From Candidatus Cloacimonadales bacterium (lineage in GTDB: Bacteria; Cloacimonadota; Cloacimonadia; Cloacimonadales; JAIOQZ01): a DNA stretch of 64,000 nt. Below the pieces are notes generated by a model. The model was not told the DNA's origin, searched no databases, and saw only the letters and a program-made list of their open reading frames with translations. The translations under genes and the position numbers were made by a program. The DNA lies in contig CAXXTU010000002.1 in assembly GCA_963662655.2 (NCBI GenBank), positions 1,504,001 to 1,568,000 of the forward strand, written 5' to 3'. Of the stretch, positions 62,459 to 64,000 are shown one piece after another; position 1 is the stretch's first letter; each line of letters opens with the position of its first letter.

Positions 62459-64000
62459 ATGAAAACACTGCGCGCATCTTCACTTGTTCTTTGCTTTCTA
62501 CTCACTTCGTTATTGTTTTCCGTCGACTTTGCACCGGCACAACTGCTTGACAACAGTCCGATTACGCCGGTTTTCCATGCGGATACCCAAAGAGGTGACA
62601 ATTACGTTCATCTGATCCTCAGAGGCGATGTCTCTCGAGAAATCCTGGATTCTTACGGGATTCAAACGGGAGGCCGCGTCGGCGATATTTTTTCGATAAG
62701 GATCGCCGCGAACCAGCTTCAGATTCTTAACGAGATACCGGGGATCGATGCAGTTTTTTTCTCCCGCAAGCATGAACTGCTCCTCAACGACTCCACCTCC
62801 GACCTTACTTCAGGGGCCGATTTCGCCGGTTGCAACGCCGACGACGTCCAGAGCTTGGGGATCGACGGTTCCGGAGTCATTATCGCGATCATCGATTCGA
62901 CCCCGTTCAACTGGAAGCACGAGGATTTCACCGATGGTGGACTGGCGGGGGTACGTACCCGTTTTATATGGCAGCAGACCGGCACAGGCGGCTCAACGCC
63001 GTCAGAAACAGGCTGCAACTACGGCAGGGAATACTCACAATCGGATTTACAGGCAGATAACGGCCCGGCGACAACCGGCTCCAGTCACGGCACGCCTTGC
63101 GCGGGAATCGCAGCCGGAGACGGCTCTGCCAGCGGAGGATCGAGAATGGGTATGGCTCCCGCAGCCGATATCATCTACGTACAGGTCGACGAATACGATT
63201 CCAGCATTGTGGACGCGCTTTCCTACCTCGCGCAGAAGGCTGACGCGCTTAACATGCCCATATCGGTCAGCATGAGCCTGGGAACCAAATACGCCATTTG
63301 CGATGGATCGGACGCGATCTCTCAGGCGATCGACCAATTCTCCGACGAAGGCCGCTCCGTCTCCGTCGCGTGCGGCAACTACTATACAACAACGGATCAC
63401 GCTTACGGGTACGCCACGCATGGTTCCCCAGCTCAAAACATCACAATGAAGATCAACGGATATTCCGACACCGGCACCGGCACATTCGACGACTACGTCG
63501 CCGCTTTCATCAGCTACAAGCAAGGTGACGACTTCGATGTCACCGTCACATCCCCCTCGGGTACTGATTACACGACAACCGTCGCAGATCAGGATGAAGT
63601 TTTCGAGACACCCGACGGCTATCTGATGATTTACCACGATTCCGGTCCGATGATCATTGTTGTCGTAGGCGACACATACGGAACGGTGACGGTCGGCGAT
63701 GAATGGAAGATAGACCTGAGCGCGCCGTCCGTGGCTCACGACGACCAGGGCGGCATGTGGTCAGCATACGTTGTCGAGAATCACATCAACGGCTATTTCA
63801 CCACCTATCAAACCGCACAATACACATTGAACGCCTGGGCTTCGTCGCAGAATTGCTTCTCCGTGGGCGCACACAGCAAGACCAGCGGTTCTCTCTACTA
63901 TCAGTCAAGCTCGGGGCCGACAAGCGACGGACGCAGCAAGCCAGACCTGACGGCTCCCACCGACGCGTACGCGCCCAATACATCCAGCTCCACGAGCTAC
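62459..64000 (+). CDS. Secreted S8 (subtilisin-like) peptidase, 3'-truncated by window edge; absent from the ORF track
   Basis: SD GGAGG + ATG 62459, signal peptide, GIDGSGVIIAIIDS (Asp), SHGTPCAGIAAGDG (His), SSSGPTSDGRSKPDLTAP. Confidence 0.9.
   Translation, partial: MKTLRASSLVLCFLLTSLLFSVDFAPAQLLDNSPITPVFHADTQRGDNYVHLILRGDVSREILDSYGIQTGGRVGDIFSIRIAANQLQILNEIPGIDAVFFSRKHELLLNDSTSDLTSGADFAGCNADDVQSLGIDGSGVIIAIIDSTPFNWKHEDFTDGGLAGVRTRFIWQQTGTGGSTPSETGCNYGREYSQSDLQADNGPATTGSSHGTPCAGIAAGDGSASGGSRMGMAPAADIIYVQVDEYDSSIVDALSYLAQKADALNMPISVSMSLGTKYAICDGSDAISQAIDQFSDEGRSVSVACGNYYTTTDHAYGYATHGSPAQNITMKINGYSDTGTGTFDDYVAAFISYKQGDDFDVTVTSPSGTDYTTTVADQDEVFETPDGYLMIYHDSGPMIIVVVGDTYGTVTVGDEWKIDLSAPSVAHDDQGGMWSAYVVENHINGYFTTYQTAQYTLNAWASSQNCFSVGAHSKTSGSLYYQSSSGPTSDGRSKPDLTAPTDAYAPNTSSSTSY

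Overview
Gene-dense bacterial chromosomal window, most consistent with the FCB superphylum and probably Cloacimonadota. This is inferred from six secreted proteins ending in a 'PNPFNP...IYNIRGQ.V...W.G....G..VSSGVY' FlgD/T9SS-type C-terminal domain, plus porX and a complete moxR-batABCDE operon. Contents: the end of a sugar ABC operon; an intact ISL3 element inserted in a terminator U-tract; a minus-strand envelope thiol-redox cluster (dsbD, Omp28-like lipoprotein, TlpA, Cys-tailed beta-barrel, three secreted Omp28/thioredoxin-like proteins); glycogen genes; a housekeeping run (yhaM, MBL hydrolase, rseP, tgt, panB, porX, znuB-like, lysC); c-di-GMP enzymes; the bat operon; a frameshifted PAS hybrid kinase; an M1 peptidase; glgP-galE; a secreted ferredoxin fusion; an orphan cheD-HDOD-cheY-cheX cluster; and a partial S8 peptidase. 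Most notable: (1) four dispersed copies of an intergenic long-hairpin element with fixed-spaced conserved boxes and covarying stems; (2) an identical SECIS-like hairpin just downstream of the CxxC Cys codon in two diverged paralogs; (3) a possible trans-envelope dithiol relay; (4) an apparent AUU start codon for tgt. No rRNA, tRNA or CRISPR array was seen. Product calls come from motif recognition by eye, not database searches.
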